Source: Oscillospiraceae bacterium (GTDB lineage Bacteria > Bacillota > Clostridia > Oscillospirales > Ruminococcaceae). From it: a DNA stretch of 54,318 nt. The stretch spans positions 1 to 54,318 of the forward strand of contig JAEDJV010000001.1 in assembly GCA_016296165.1 (NCBI GenBank). Reading direction: 5' to 3'. Shown here one piece after another: positions 10,017 through 19,858 of this stretch (within the stretch, counting starts at the first letter, position 1; the number at the start of each line of letters is the position of its first letter). A program made the translations under genes and the position numbers. Under the pieces are notes generated by a model that saw only the letters and a list, made by a program, of their open reading frames with translations, had not been told where the DNA came from and ran no database searches.

Positions 10017-12314
10017 ATGATTTTATGCAGCAGATGTAAAAAAAGACCCGCAGTTGTCTTTATAACTGCACTTAGCGGAGATACAAAGAAAAATGAAGGC
10101 CTTTGCATGCTATGCGCAAAGGAAATGAAAATTCCTCAGATGCAGGATTATATGGAGCAGCTTGGAATTACTGATGAAGAAATTGAACAGATCTCTGAGC
10201 AGATGATGGAGCTGGTTGACGGTGATTCTTTTGAACCGGGTGGTTCAAGTACACTTCTTCCGCCGTTTATACAGGATATGATAAACGGAACTTCTGATCC
10301 GAAAAACAGCACTGGTGGTTTTGGCTCACTTTTCGGAGGAAATTTTGAAAAGGGAGATACCAGGAAGAAGTCAGAATCGAAGAAAAAGGAAAAGAAACTC
10401 AAATTTCTTGAAAATTACTGTACTAACCTGAGCGGAAAAGCTGAAGAAGGAAAGATAGATAATATCATAGGAAGGGACAAGGAAATCTCAAGAGTTGTCC
10501 AGATTCTATCAAGAAGAACAAAGAACAATCCATGTCTTATCGGTGAACCGGGTGTTGGTAAAACAGCAATAGCAGAAGGCATAGCGCAGCGTATCAATGA
10601 TGGCAACGTTCCTTTCAGCTTAAAAAACAAGAGAGTATATCTTCTTGACCTTACAGCACTTGTAGCCGGCACACAGTTCAGGGGACAGTTTGAAAGCCGA
10701 GTAAAAGGACTTGTTGATGAGGTTAAATCAGAGGGGAATATAATCCTCTTTATAGACGAAGTCCACAACCTTGTTGGTGCCGGAGATTCAGAAGGCTCCA
10801 TGAATGCCGCAAACATTCTGAAACCTGCTCTCTCAAGAGGGGAAGTGCAGGTGATAGGTGCAACAACATTCGGTGAATACAGAAAATATATCGAAAAGGA
10901 CAGCGCTCTTGAAAGACGTTTCCAGCCGGTTACAGTCAGTGAACCTACAATAGAGGAAACCTTAAATATCCTCAAAGGTATCAAGGAACATTATGAAGAA
11001 TTCCACAGAGTAAAGATAACTGACGAGCTTCTCAGAACTTGTGCGGTTCTTTCGGAAAGATATATTAATGACAGATTCCTTCCTGACAAGGCAATAGATC
11101 TTCTTGATGAAGGCTGTGCATGTACAGCAATTGAAAGTAAAGCTCTTGAAAAATACGACCGGCTTGTTTCTGCTCTTGAGGAACTTGAGAGACAGGAAAG
11201 TGAGATAGAAGAGTCAGATGAGCCTGATTTTGAAGAACTTGCTTCTGTAAAGGGCGAGATAATCAGGGCCAGAGAAGAACTCAGGGCAGCAGAGGAAGAA
11301 AAGAATAGTGTCTATGTAACTGAAGAAAATATTGCAAAGGTTATCGAACTCTGGACAGGAATTCCTGCAAACAAAATTGCAGAAACAGAATTCAGAAAGA
11401 TAGCAGATCTTGAAGGAAACTTAAAGAAGAGAGTTATCGGTCAGGATGAAGCGATATCTGTTCTTTCAAAAGCTATAAAAAGAACAAGAGTTCAGCTTTC
11501 AAAACGCCGCAGACCTGCGTCATTTATTTTTGTAGGACCTACAGGCGTCGGTAAGACAGAACTTGTCAAGGTGCTTGCTGAAGAAATGTTTGATTCAACA
11601 GAACCTCTTATCAGACTTGATATGTCAGAATACATGGAGAAACATGCCGTATCCAAACTTATCGGTTCACCTCCGGGATATGTTGGCTATGATGAGGCTG
11701 GTCAGCTTACAGAAAAGGTGAGAAGAAAACCATACTCAGTAATTCTTTTCGATGAGATAGAAAAAGCACATCCTGATGTTATGAATATACTTCTTCAGAT
11801 CCTTGATGAAGGTAAACTTAATGACTCACAGGGAAGATCGGTAAACTTTGAAAATACTATCATCGCAATGACGTCCAACGCCGGTTCAACAGATAAGTCT
11901 ACTGGTGTAGGATTTAACAAGACTGCTGAAGAAGTTTCAAAGGATAAGGCAATAAAAGGACTGAGAGAATTCTTAAGACCTGAGTTTATCAGCCGTATTG
12001 ATGAGATTGTTGTCTTCGATCCTCTTTCAAAGGAAGCCTATGCAAAGATTGCTGGCCTTATGATAGACGAGATGAAGGAACCGCTTCTTGAAAAAGAAAT
12101 TACTCTTACTTATGATGAAAAGGTTCTTGAGGTTGTTGCCGACAAGTCATATGATAAGAAATTCGGGGCAAGAGATATCAGAAAGGTTATACGCAAAGAT
12201 GTTGAGGATAAGGTAGCCTCTGAGATCATAGAGCATCCTGATCAGAGAATAAAGCATCTTCATATCACAACAAGTGAAGATGGCAAAGATATTGTGGTAA
12301 AGATTGAGAAATAA
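10017..12314 (+). CDS. ATP-dependent Clp protease ATP-binding subunit with N-terminal Zn finger (ClpE/ClpC-like)
   Basis: CSRC...CMLC N-terminus; AAA+ modules GEPGVGKT and GPTGVGKT; DSALERRF, FDEIEKAH, RPEFISRID. Confidence 0.93.
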   Translation: MILCSRCKKRPAVVFITALSGDTKKNEGLCMLCAKEMKIPQMQDYMEQLGITDEEIEQISEQMMELVDGDSFEPGGSSTLLPPFIQDMINGTSDPKNSTGGFGSLFGGNFEKGDTRKKSESKKKEKKLKFLENYCTNLSGKAEEGKIDNIIGRDKEISRVVQILSRRTKNNPCLIGEPGVGKTAIAEGIAQRINDGNVPFSLKNKRVYLLDLTALVAGTQFRGQFESRVKGLVDEVKSEGNIILFIDEVHNLVGAGDSEGSMNAANILKPALSRGEVQVIGATTFGEYRKYIEKDSALERRFQPVTVSEPTIEETLNILKGIKEHYEEFHRVKITDELLRTCAVLSERYINDRFLPDKAIDLLDEGCACTAIESKALEKYDRLVSALEELERQESEIEESDEPDFEELASVKGEIIRAREELRAAEEEKNSVYVTEENIAKVIELWTGIPANKIAETEFRKIADLEGNLKKRVIGQDEAISVLSKAIKRTRVQLSKRRRPASFIFVGPTGVGKTELVKVLAEEMFDSTEPLIRLDMSEYMEKHAVSKLIGSPPGYVGYDEAGQLTEKVRRKPYSVILFDEIEKAHPDVMNILLQILDEGKLNDSQGRSVNFENTIIAMTSNAGSTDKSTGVGFNKTAEEVSKDKAIKGLREFLRPEFISRIDEIVVFDPLSKEAYAKIAGLMIDEMKEPLLEKEITLTYDEKVLEVVADKSYDKKFGARDIRKVIRKDVEDKVASEIIEHPDQRIKHLHITTSEDGKDIVVKIEK

Positions 12315-12345
12315 AAGATATTTGTGTTTTAAATAAAATCAGGAA

Positions 12346-12389
12346 AAATTTATAGTGAACGGGAAATTCCTTCCCTTCACTATGAATTT
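12346..12389 (+). terminator. Stem-loop downstream of the clp gene
   Basis: AAATTTATAGTGAACGGGAA pairs imperfectly with TTCCCTTCACTATGAATTT; U-tract is short. Confidence 0.55.
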
Positions 12390-12420
12390 AAAAAAAATAA
12401 AAAAAAATTCGAAAAAAGTA

Positions 12421-12449
12421 TTGACATTTATATTTGGATGTAGTATAAT
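12421..12449 (+). promoter_or_regulatory. Consensus sigma-A promoter of the tRNA cluster
   Basis: TTGACA, 17 bp, TATAAT, with A-tract UP-like element upstream. Confidence 0.9.
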
Positions 12450-12491
12450 AATAAAGCCGACGGAGAACGGCACTAAAAACAAAATAAAAAT

Positions 12492-12562
12492 GCGGGTGTA
12501 GTTCAATGGTAGAATGTCAGCCTTCCAAGCTGAACACGTGGGTTCGATTCCCATCACCCGCT
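12492..12562 (+). tRNA. tRNA-Gly (TCC)
   Basis: Acceptor GCGGGTG/CACCCGC, anticodon arm TCAGC-CTTCCAA-GCTGA, T-loop GGTTCGATTCC; CCA not encoded. Confidence 0.96.
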
Positions 12563-12603
12563 TCAACAGTCTTGTTGAGTTTGATTTCGTAAGAAATTAA
12601 TAT

Positions 12604-12677
12604 GCATCTTTAACTCAGCTGGATAGAGTAACTGCCTTCTAAGCAGTAAGCCGCTGGTTCGAGTCCAGCAAGGTGCA
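12604..12677 (+). tRNA. tRNA-Arg (TCT)
   Basis: Acceptor GCATCTT/AAGGTGC, anticodon arm ACTGC-CTTCTAA-GCAGT, GGTTCGAGTCC. Confidence 0.95.
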
Positions 12678-12682
12678 TCTAT

Positions 12683-12757
12683 GGTGGGTATAGCGTAGTT
12701 GGTTAACGCGTCAGATTGTGGTCCTGAAGACCGTGGGTTCGAATCCCACTATCCACC
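12683..12757 (+). tRNA. tRNA-His (GTG)
   Basis: Encoded G-1, acceptor GTGGGTA/TATCCAC plus C73, anticodon loop TTGTGGT, GGTTCGAATCC. Confidence 0.95.
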
Positions 12758-12807
12758 TTGATTTGATTGCCTCTGATTAGTTTCAGGGGCAATATTCGTT
12801 TATATTT

Positions 12808-12844
12808 AAAAACTTCCCTTTCTAATCCTGGAGGGAAGTTTTTT
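12808..12844 (+). terminator. Intrinsic terminator after the tRNA cluster
   Basis: AAAAACTTCCCTT...GGAGGGAAGTTTTTT. Confidence 0.8.
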
Positions 12845-12953
12845 ATTATTATTGATAAAATTAACAGTTTGTTCATATTTTAAATAGGACATATATGATA
12901 TAATAATAATTATGTATACTAATAAAATTCAGAACAAAGGAAGTGTAAGAAAA

Positions 12954-14318
12954 ATGTCACATTATAATTTTTCGAAGGTAACACCAGCAATTGAAAATTT
13001 TGCTGAAAAATGTATAAGCAGTCATAACATTGATCCTGAACTCTATGTTAAGTACGATGTAAAGAGAGGGCTTCGTGACCTCAATGGAAAGGGAGTTCTG
13101 GCAGGACTCACAGATATAAGTGAAGTATGTTCTTCAAAGATTGTAGACGGACAGTCTGTTCCATGTGACGGAAAACTTTTCTACAGGGGCATCGATGTCG
13201 AAGAACTGGTAGATGGATTTATCACAGAAAATCGTTTCGGGTTTGAAGAAGCAACATACCTTCTCCTCTTCGGAAGTCTCCCGCAAAAGGATGAACTTAG
13301 TGAACTAAAAAAGATCCTTGGCAGTTTCAGAACGCTTCCGACAACATTTGTACGTGATATAATCATGAAATCACCTGGAAACGATATGATGAATATCCTT
13401 GCAAGAAGTGTTCTTACACTTTATGCATATGATGATATGCCGGATGACACTTCAATTCCTAACGTATTAAGACAGTGTCTGGAGCTTATCTCACTTCTTC
13501 CGGTAATGGCTGTATATGCCTATCATTCGTATAACTACTACAAAAAAGGCGGAAGTCTTATAATACACAGACCTCGTCCGGAATTGTCAACTGCTGAAAA
13601 TATTCTATATACTCTCAGAGACGATTCAAAGTATACAGCACTTGAAGCGAAGATTCTTGACCTTGCACTTGTGCTTCATGCGGAACATGGCGGCGGTAAC
13701 AATTCAACCTTTACAACTCATGTTGTTTCATCCTCAGGCACAGATACTTACTCATCTGTAGCTGCATCTCTCGGATCTCTCAAGGGACCAAAGCATGGCG
13801 GTGCAAACATAAAAGTTGTACAGATGTTCGATGACCTTATGGCAAATATATCTGACTGGACTGATGAAAATGCTATAAGAGAGTATCTCATCGGACTTCT
13901 GGAAAAGAGAGGTTTTGACAAATCAGGGCTTATTTACGGTATGGGTCATGCAGTATATTCTATTTCAGATCCAAGAGCAAGGGTTCTCAAGAAGTTTGTA
14001 AAGGATCTTTCAGTTGAGAAGGGTATGGAAAAAGAATACGAACTGTATAAACTGGTTGAACGTCTGGCTCCGGAGGTAATCGGTGAGAAGAGAAAGATCT
14101 ATAAGGGCGTAAGTGCAAATGTCGATTTTTACAGTGGCCTCATCTACAGGATGCTTGGCCTTCCTTCAGAGCTTTATACTCCGATTTTTGCGATTGCAAG
14201 AATATCCGGCTGGTCGGCACATCGTATCGAAGAACTTATAAATGCAAACAAGATTATTCGTCCTGCTTATAAGGCTGTTTCAGAAAGAGTACCTTATATA
14301 AAGATGGCAAACAGATAA
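12954..14318 (+). CDS. gltA: Citrate synthase (citrate/2-methylcitrate synthase family)
   Basis: GKLFYRG, LHAEHGGGNNSTF, GPKHGGAN, YGMGHAVY, DPRA, ANVDFYSG; ATG 12954 follows AAGGAAGTG (alternative ATG at 12912). Confidence 0.93.
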   Translation: MSHYNFSKVTPAIENFAEKCISSHNIDPELYVKYDVKRGLRDLNGKGVLAGLTDISEVCSSKIVDGQSVPCDGKLFYRGIDVEELVDGFITENRFGFEEATYLLLFGSLPQKDELSELKKILGSFRTLPTTFVRDIIMKSPGNDMMNILARSVLTLYAYDDMPDDTSIPNVLRQCLELISLLPVMAVYAYHSYNYYKKGGSLIIHRPRPELSTAENILYTLRDDSKYTALEAKILDLALVLHAEHGGGNNSTFTTHVVSSSGTDTYSSVAASLGSLKGPKHGGANIKVVQMFDDLMANISDWTDENAIREYLIGLLEKRGFDKSGLIYGMGHAVYSISDPRARVLKKFVKDLSVEKGMEKEYELYKLVERLAPEVIGEKRKIYKGVSANVDFYSGLIYRMLGLPSELYTPIFAIARISGWSAHRIEELINANKIIRPAYKAVSERVPYIKMANR

Positions 14319-14338
14319 TTTTCAAAAACAACAACATT

Positions 14339-14370
14339 AAGGGCGAAAATGGAAATTTTCGCTCTTTTTT
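14339..14370 (+). terminator. Intrinsic terminator after gltA
   Basis: AAGGGCGAAAAT...ATTTTCGCTCTTTTTT. Confidence 0.8.
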
Positions 14371-14448
14371 AGTTGATTTAGGTTAGTTTAAGTGGTTTTT
14401 AACAAAAATGAGTTTAACCTTTTATGAGTTATAATACTGATGTTGGTA

Positions 14449-14477
14449 TTGAAACAGACAGGATTAGGTAGTATAAT
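14449..14477 (+). promoter_or_regulatory. sigma-A promoter of the tandem GH9 genes
   Basis: TTGAAA, 17 bp, TATAAT. Confidence 0.7.
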
Positions 14478-14541
14478 ATATGTGTAGGGCTGTTTTTCTG
14501 GGGTTCGGAACAATAGAAGCGAAAAAGAAAGGTCGTGTACT

Positions 14542-17139
14542 ATGAAAAAAGCAAAATTTAAGAGGATAGCTGCTGCATTATTAAGTGTATCGATGATAAG
14601 CAGTGTTTTTGTCAGCAGTTTTTCAGTAAATGCTGATGCCGGTGAAAAGCCACCTGAGGTTACAGAGGATGAAAGGGTATTTCCTGATCCGGATTCATTT
14701 AGTTATGATGATGTTGAGATAAACTTTGCTAAGGCTCTTCAGTATGTTTTGTATTTTTATGATGCCAACAAGTGCGGATATGATGTTGACGAAGACGGAA
14801 ATCCGGGACTTAAGAATCTCGAATGGAGAGGTGACTGTCATGTAGAAGACTATAATATCCCTCTTAAACCTATGGCTCTGGAAGGTGCGGACGCAAAGTT
14901 TGGTACTAATCTTTCCCAGGAATTTATTGATGAGTACAAGGATATTCTTGATCCTGACGGAGACGGATTTATGGACTGCGGGGGCGGTATGCATGATGCC
15001 GGTGACCACGTAAAATTCGGGCTTCCTGGTTCGTACGCAGCTTCAACGGTAGGCTGGGGCTATTACGAATTCAGAGACGCATATGAAAAATCAGGTCAGC
15101 AGGAACACGTGGAAGATATTCTTCACTGGTTCAATGACTTTTATATGAAGGGAACATATCTTGACGAGGATGGAAAAGTTATTGCATTCTGTTATCAGGT
15201 AGGTGAGGGCAACAACGACCATAACTACTGGAACCCTCCTGAACTGCAGAGCTCGGATATGCTCCTTGATTTTGCAAGACCGGCATATTTTGCAACTGTA
15301 GATACTCCTGCTACTGATATGTGTGCGGGAACAGCTGCATCGCTTGCAATCAACTACCTTAATTTTAAGGATACAGAACCGGAGTATGCTAAGGAAAGTC
15401 TGGAAAAAGCCATTGCTCTCTATGAATTTGCAGTTGAAACCCATAAGGAAGATGAGGGAATGGCAGTTCTTAGCTTAGGATATGACGGTGGTTTCTATAC
15501 ATCAAGCTATGACTATGATGAACTTGCCTGGGCTGCAGTATGGCTCTATGAATGTACAGGTGATTATAAGTACATTGAAGATATTATCTCAGTTGATGAG
15601 TCAATTAAGGATGATATGGGACATGTTACATATACAGGTTACATAAAGAGAATCATCAAAACCACAGGCAGTACCTGGCAGAATATATGGGTACACTGCT
15701 GGGATACAGTATGGGGCGGAGTATTTGCAAAACTCGCACCTATAACCAATACAGCCCGTGACTGGTATATATTCAGGTGGAATCTTGAATACTGGTCCGG
15801 TATTGAACATATGTATCCGGGCGGAATGGCAGATGAACTCTGGAATCTTCCGTATGAATACACAACGGAGATTGATGAGAAGGACACAACATTCCTTGCC
15901 AAGACTCCTGAAGGATATTCAATGCTTAACGAATATGGCTCATGCCGATACAATCCAGCTGCTGGTCTCTGTGCTCTTGTTTACAGAAAAACTACAGCTG
16001 AAAGAGGGGAAGAAGACGCAAGGTTTGCTGACTGGGCAGAAGGTCAGATGGAATATGTTCTCGGTAAGAATCCGATGAACCGTCCGTATATCGTTGGTTA
16101 TTCACCTACAGCAGCCTCACATCCTCATCATCGTGCAGCTCATGGTTCATCAACACTTAGCATGGATGATCCTGTTGATCAGACACATGTTCTCTGGGGT
16201 GCTCTCGTAGGTGGTCCTGACGCAACAGACTGGCACAGAGATATTACCAAGGACTATATTTATAACGAAGTTGCCGTTGACTATAATGCCGGCGTAACAG
16301 GATGTCTTGCCGGACTCTACGAATACTACGCTACAGAAGATATGGTTCCGGAGGAGAACTTCCCGCCTAAGGAAGAACCTGCACAGGAATTCTGGCTTGA
16401 AGCTCTTGTTAATCAGGAAAATAAAGAAAGAACACAGTATACTGTTCGTATCCACGCTGATACTTCACAGCCACCAAGATATATTGACAGTCTTAAGGCA
16501 AGATATTATTTTGATATAAGTGAACTTGTTGCAGCAGGACAGTCAACAGATGACATAAAGGTTGAAGTTTACTATGACAAGGTTGCAGCAAACTCAAACA
16601 TGGAAAAACAGGTAAAAGTATCTGATCCGATTCAGGCTGAAGGAAATGTCTATTACGTAGAAATGGACTGGGCAGGAATTCCTTTCAGAGGTGCTATGGA
16701 ACTTCAGCTTGGCATTATAGTAGGTCAGGATGCAAATTATAATGCAAACTGGGATCCTACAAATGACTACAGCCGTGAGGGACTCGAAATTAGCGACGAA
16801 TATGGTCCGACACAGAATATTCCTCTTTACCTTGGAAATAAGCTGGTTTACGGCAAACCTCCTGTTGAAGATTCAGACAACAATACACCGGCAACAACTA
16901 CTGCAGTTACAACATCCAGACCGTCAAAACTGATTTACGGTGACGTTAATCTTGACGGCGAAGTTGATCTGACAGACCTTTCAGTATTAAGTCTTCACCT
17001 CCTGGGTGAAAGTAAGCTTACAGGCGATGCACTCAAAACGGCTGATACAGAATATGACTCCAAGATAGATGTTGCAGATATGAGTAAGCTTAAACAGTTT
17101 GTTTCAAAGAAGATATCATACCTTGGTCCAAAAAAATAA
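14542..17139 (+). CDS. Cellulosomal endoglucanase: signal peptide-GH9-CBM3c-linker-dockerin
   Basis: WRGDCH, HDAGDHVKF, HPHHRAAH, NEVAVDYNA catalytic motifs; CBM3 RYYFDISE/NWDPTNDYS; C-terminal GDVNLDGEVDLTD duplicated Ca-binding loops. Confidence 0.93.
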   Translation: MKKAKFKRIAAALLSVSMISSVFVSSFSVNADAGEKPPEVTEDERVFPDPDSFSYDDVEINFAKALQYVLYFYDANKCGYDVDEDGNPGLKNLEWRGDCHVEDYNIPLKPMALEGADAKFGTNLSQEFIDEYKDILDPDGDGFMDCGGGMHDAGDHVKFGLPGSYAASTVGWGYYEFRDAYEKSGQQEHVEDILHWFNDFYMKGTYLDEDGKVIAFCYQVGEGNNDHNYWNPPELQSSDMLLDFARPAYFATVDTPATDMCAGTAASLAINYLNFKDTEPEYAKESLEKAIALYEFAVETHKEDEGMAVLSLGYDGGFYTSSYDYDELAWAAVWLYECTGDYKYIEDIISVDESIKDDMGHVTYTGYIKRIIKTTGSTWQNIWVHCWDTVWGGVFAKLAPITNTARDWYIFRWNLEYWSGIEHMYPGGMADELWNLPYEYTTEIDEKDTTFLAKTPEGYSMLNEYGSCRYNPAAGLCALVYRKTTAERGEEDARFADWAEGQMEYVLGKNPMNRPYIVGYSPTAASHPHHRAAHGSSTLSMDDPVDQTHVLWGALVGGPDATDWHRDITKDYIYNEVAVDYNAGVTGCLAGLYEYYATEDMVPEENFPPKEEPAQEFWLEALVNQENKERTQYTVRIHADTSQPPRYIDSLKARYYFDISELVAAGQSTDDIKVEVYYDKVAANSNMEKQVKVSDPIQAEGNVYYVEMDWAGIPFRGAMELQLGIIVGQDANYNANWDPTNDYSREGLEISDEYGPTQNIPLYLGNKLVYGKPPVEDSDNNTPATTTAVTTSRPSKLIYGDVNLDGEVDLTDLSVLSLHLLGESKLTGDALKTADTEYDSKIDVADMSKLKQFVSKKISYLGPKK

Positions 17140-17152
17140 AATAATTAATATT

Positions 17153-17183
17153 ATGAGTTATCCTCACGCTGAGGATAACTCAT
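17153..17183 (+). other. Perfect 14-bp intergenic stem-loop between tandem GH9 genes
   Basis: ATGAGTTATCCTCA-CGC-TGAGGATAACTCAT followed by only TTT, then the RBS of the next gene. Confidence 0.85.
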
Positions 17184-17203
17184 TTTGAAAGAAAGGGTAG
17201 AAT

Positions 17204-19768
17204 ATGAAAAAATTTAACCGTATTACAGCACTTATTCTGAGTATGTCAATGACAGCAGGAATGACATTGCAGTCAGTAAGTGCTTCTGCCGGTGAGGATC
17301 CGCCGCCGATAACTGATATGACATTTCCTGATCCGGATTCATTCAGCTATGATGATGTTGAAGTTAATTTTGCAAAAGCTCTTCAGTACACACTTACTTT
17401 CTATGATGCAAACAAGTGTGGTGCAGGAATTACTGACGGATTTCTTGAGTGGAGAGGTGACTGTCATGTAGAAGACTATAAGATTCCACTTCAGCCTCTT
17501 GAGATTGTAAATGAACAGAAACATATGTACATCGGTACAGATCTTACACAGGAATTTATTGATGAATACAGAGATATACTTGATCCGGACGGTGACGGAT
17601 TTGTTGATCTTGGCGGAGGTATGCACGATGCCGGAGACCATGTAAAGTTCGGACTGCCTGGTTCATATGCAGCTTCAACAGTAGGCTGGGGCTATTATGA
17701 GTTCAGAGATGCATATATTGAAACTGAACAGCAGGAACACGTTGAGGATATTCTCCGCTGGTTCAATGATTTCTATATGAAGGCAACCTTCCTTGATGAG
17801 GACGGAAAGGTTATTGCATACTGCTATCAGGTTGCTGAAGGTGACAATGACCATAACTACTGGAATCCTCCGGAGCTTCAGGATATGGATCACTTCGATG
17901 ATTTTGCAAGACCGGCATATTTTGCAACAGCAGATGTTCCGGCCTCCGACTGTGCCGCAGGTGCTGCAGCTTCACTTGCCATCAATTATCTTAATTTTAA
18001 GGATACTGATCCGGAGTATGCTGAAAAATCCCTTAAAACAGCACTTGCTCTTTACGATTTTGCGGTTGAGACCCACAAATACATTGATAGTTTTGATGAA
18101 GAATACAGTGACAAGGAGAGCCTTGGATACGGCAGCAGCTTTTATGATTCAAGCTATGCCTGGGATGAACTTTCATGGGCTGCAGTATGGCTCTACGAGT
18201 GTACAGGTAACTATGACTATATTGATTCGATAATCAGTCTCTCGGATACTCCGAATGCTGACGGTTCATATGACTACACAGGCTATATGAAACGTATCAT
18301 CAGAAATACGGGCAATATATGGCAGAATATCTGGGTGCACTGCTGGGATACAGTATGGGGCGGCGTATTTGCAAAGCTTGCACCTATTACCAATACAGCG
18401 CGTGACTGGTACATATTCAGATGGAATCTTGAGTTCTGGTCAGGACTTCCGCATGCTGACCCGGGTGCGCTTGCAGACCATCTGTGGGAGACAGAATACA
18501 AGTATACTGGTCAGATAAGCAATGATACTGACAGACTGTCAGCTTCACCGGCCGGTTTCTCAGTACTTAATCCTTACGGCTCCGCACGTTACAATACTGC
18601 AGCACAGCTCTGTGCTCTTGTTTACCAGAAGGAAACAGCTGCGAGAGGTGAGGAGGATTCACAGTTTTCTGAATGGGCAAAGAGCCAGATGGAATACATC
18701 ATGGGTAAAAACCCTATGAACAGATGCTATATCGTAGGTTATGCTGAGAATTCAGCCTCACATCCTCACCACAGAGCCTCACATGCTTCAACAACACTTA
18801 GCATGGATGATCCTGTCGATCAGACCCACGTTCTATGGGGAGCCCTTGTCGGCGGCCCTGATGCGGGTGACTGGCACAGAGATATTACTGCCGACTTTGT
18901 TTATAACGAAGTTGCAGTTGACTACAATGCAGCGGCAGTAGGTGCAGCGGCAGGACTTTACTATTATTTCGGGACACCTGACATGAAACCGGAAGCTGAT
19001 TTTCCTCCAAAGGAAGAGCCAAAGCAGTCATTCTTTGTTGAGGCGCTTATTAATCAGGAAAACAAGGAAAGAACACAGTTTACTGTAAGAGTAACAAGTG
19101 CACAGACACAGCCACCGGCATATCTTAACGGATTTAAGGCAAGATATTACTTCAATATCAGTGAACTTCTTGAACAGGGTCAGTCTATCGAAGATGTAAC
19201 TTTTGAGATATACTATGACCAGATTGAATCAGATACAAAAGGTGCATACAAATCAAATGTAACAGGTCCGTTTAAGGTTGATGATGAAAATTATTATATC
19301 GAAATGGACTGGGGCGATTACAAATTCTTTGGAACAAGAGACATTCAGCTTGGTCTTATAGCTGCACAGGACAGTGAATTTAAGAGTAACTGGGATCCGA
19401 CAAATGACTATAGCCGTGAAGGTCTGGTAAAGAGCGATTTCTTCGGTGAGACAGTTAAGATTCCTCTTTATTATAATGGCAGGCTTGTTTACGGCAATCC
19501 GATGGACGGCGATAATACAAATCCTCCGGCTGATACTGAGCCTCCTGCAACAGACAAGGTTGTTTACGGAGATATAGATCTCAGCGGGGAGGTTGACCTG
19601 ACAGATCTTTCAGTTTTAAGTCTCTATGTTCTCGGCGAGACTGAACTTAAACCAGAGCAGCTGAAAAATGCAGACGTAGATGGTAACGGAGAAATTAAAG
19701 TAACGGATATTGCTACTCTCAAACAGTATGTTTCCAAGAAGATAAACTCACTTGGACCAAAAAAATAA
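17204..19768 (+). CDS. Cellulosomal endoglucanase: signal peptide-GH9-CBM3c-dockerin (tandem paralog)
   Basis: Same GH9 motifs (HDAGDHVKF, NEVAVDYNA), CBM3 NWDPTNDYS, dockerin GDIDLSGEVDLTD...DVDGNGEIKVTD. Confidence 0.93.
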   Translation: MKKFNRITALILSMSMTAGMTLQSVSASAGEDPPPITDMTFPDPDSFSYDDVEVNFAKALQYTLTFYDANKCGAGITDGFLEWRGDCHVEDYKIPLQPLEIVNEQKHMYIGTDLTQEFIDEYRDILDPDGDGFVDLGGGMHDAGDHVKFGLPGSYAASTVGWGYYEFRDAYIETEQQEHVEDILRWFNDFYMKATFLDEDGKVIAYCYQVAEGDNDHNYWNPPELQDMDHFDDFARPAYFATADVPASDCAAGAAASLAINYLNFKDTDPEYAEKSLKTALALYDFAVETHKYIDSFDEEYSDKESLGYGSSFYDSSYAWDELSWAAVWLYECTGNYDYIDSIISLSDTPNADGSYDYTGYMKRIIRNTGNIWQNIWVHCWDTVWGGVFAKLAPITNTARDWYIFRWNLEFWSGLPHADPGALADHLWETEYKYTGQISNDTDRLSASPAGFSVLNPYGSARYNTAAQLCALVYQKETAARGEEDSQFSEWAKSQMEYIMGKNPMNRCYIVGYAENSASHPHHRASHASTTLSMDDPVDQTHVLWGALVGGPDAGDWHRDITADFVYNEVAVDYNAAAVGAAAGLYYYFGTPDMKPEADFPPKEEPKQSFFVEALINQENKERTQFTVRVTSAQTQPPAYLNGFKARYYFNISELLEQGQSIEDVTFEIYYDQIESDTKGAYKSNVTGPFKVDDENYYIEMDWGDYKFFGTRDIQLGLIAAQDSEFKSNWDPTNDYSREGLVKSDFFGETVKIPLYYNGRLVYGNPMDGDNTNPPADTEPPATDKVVYGDIDLSGEVDLTDLSVLSLYVLGETELKPEQLKNADVDGNGEIKVTDIATLKQYVSKKINSLGPKK

Positions 19769-19811
19769 TATAAAAATACCGCAGATTTTCAAGGATCTGC
19801 GGTTTTTTATA
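19769..19811 (+). terminator. Intrinsic terminator after the second GH9
   Basis: ACCGCAGAT...ATCTGCGGT-TTTTT. Confidence 0.82.
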
Positions 19812-19858
19812 TTAAATCACTTAATTTTTAATATGTATAATATATTATTTTTGTAACC

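Noticed and set aside
12339..12566. 75-aa minus-strand ORF
   Set aside because: It is the antisense of tRNA-Gly and its promoter
12492..12757. tRNAs lack an encoded CCA
   Set aside because: Common in Firmicutes; the CCA-adding enzyme supplies it
12492..12850. tRNA cluster as an integration site for a genomic island carrying the cellulase genes
   Set aside because: No integrase and no duplicated tRNA 3' end seen; the cellulases show host-like, high-expression codon usage
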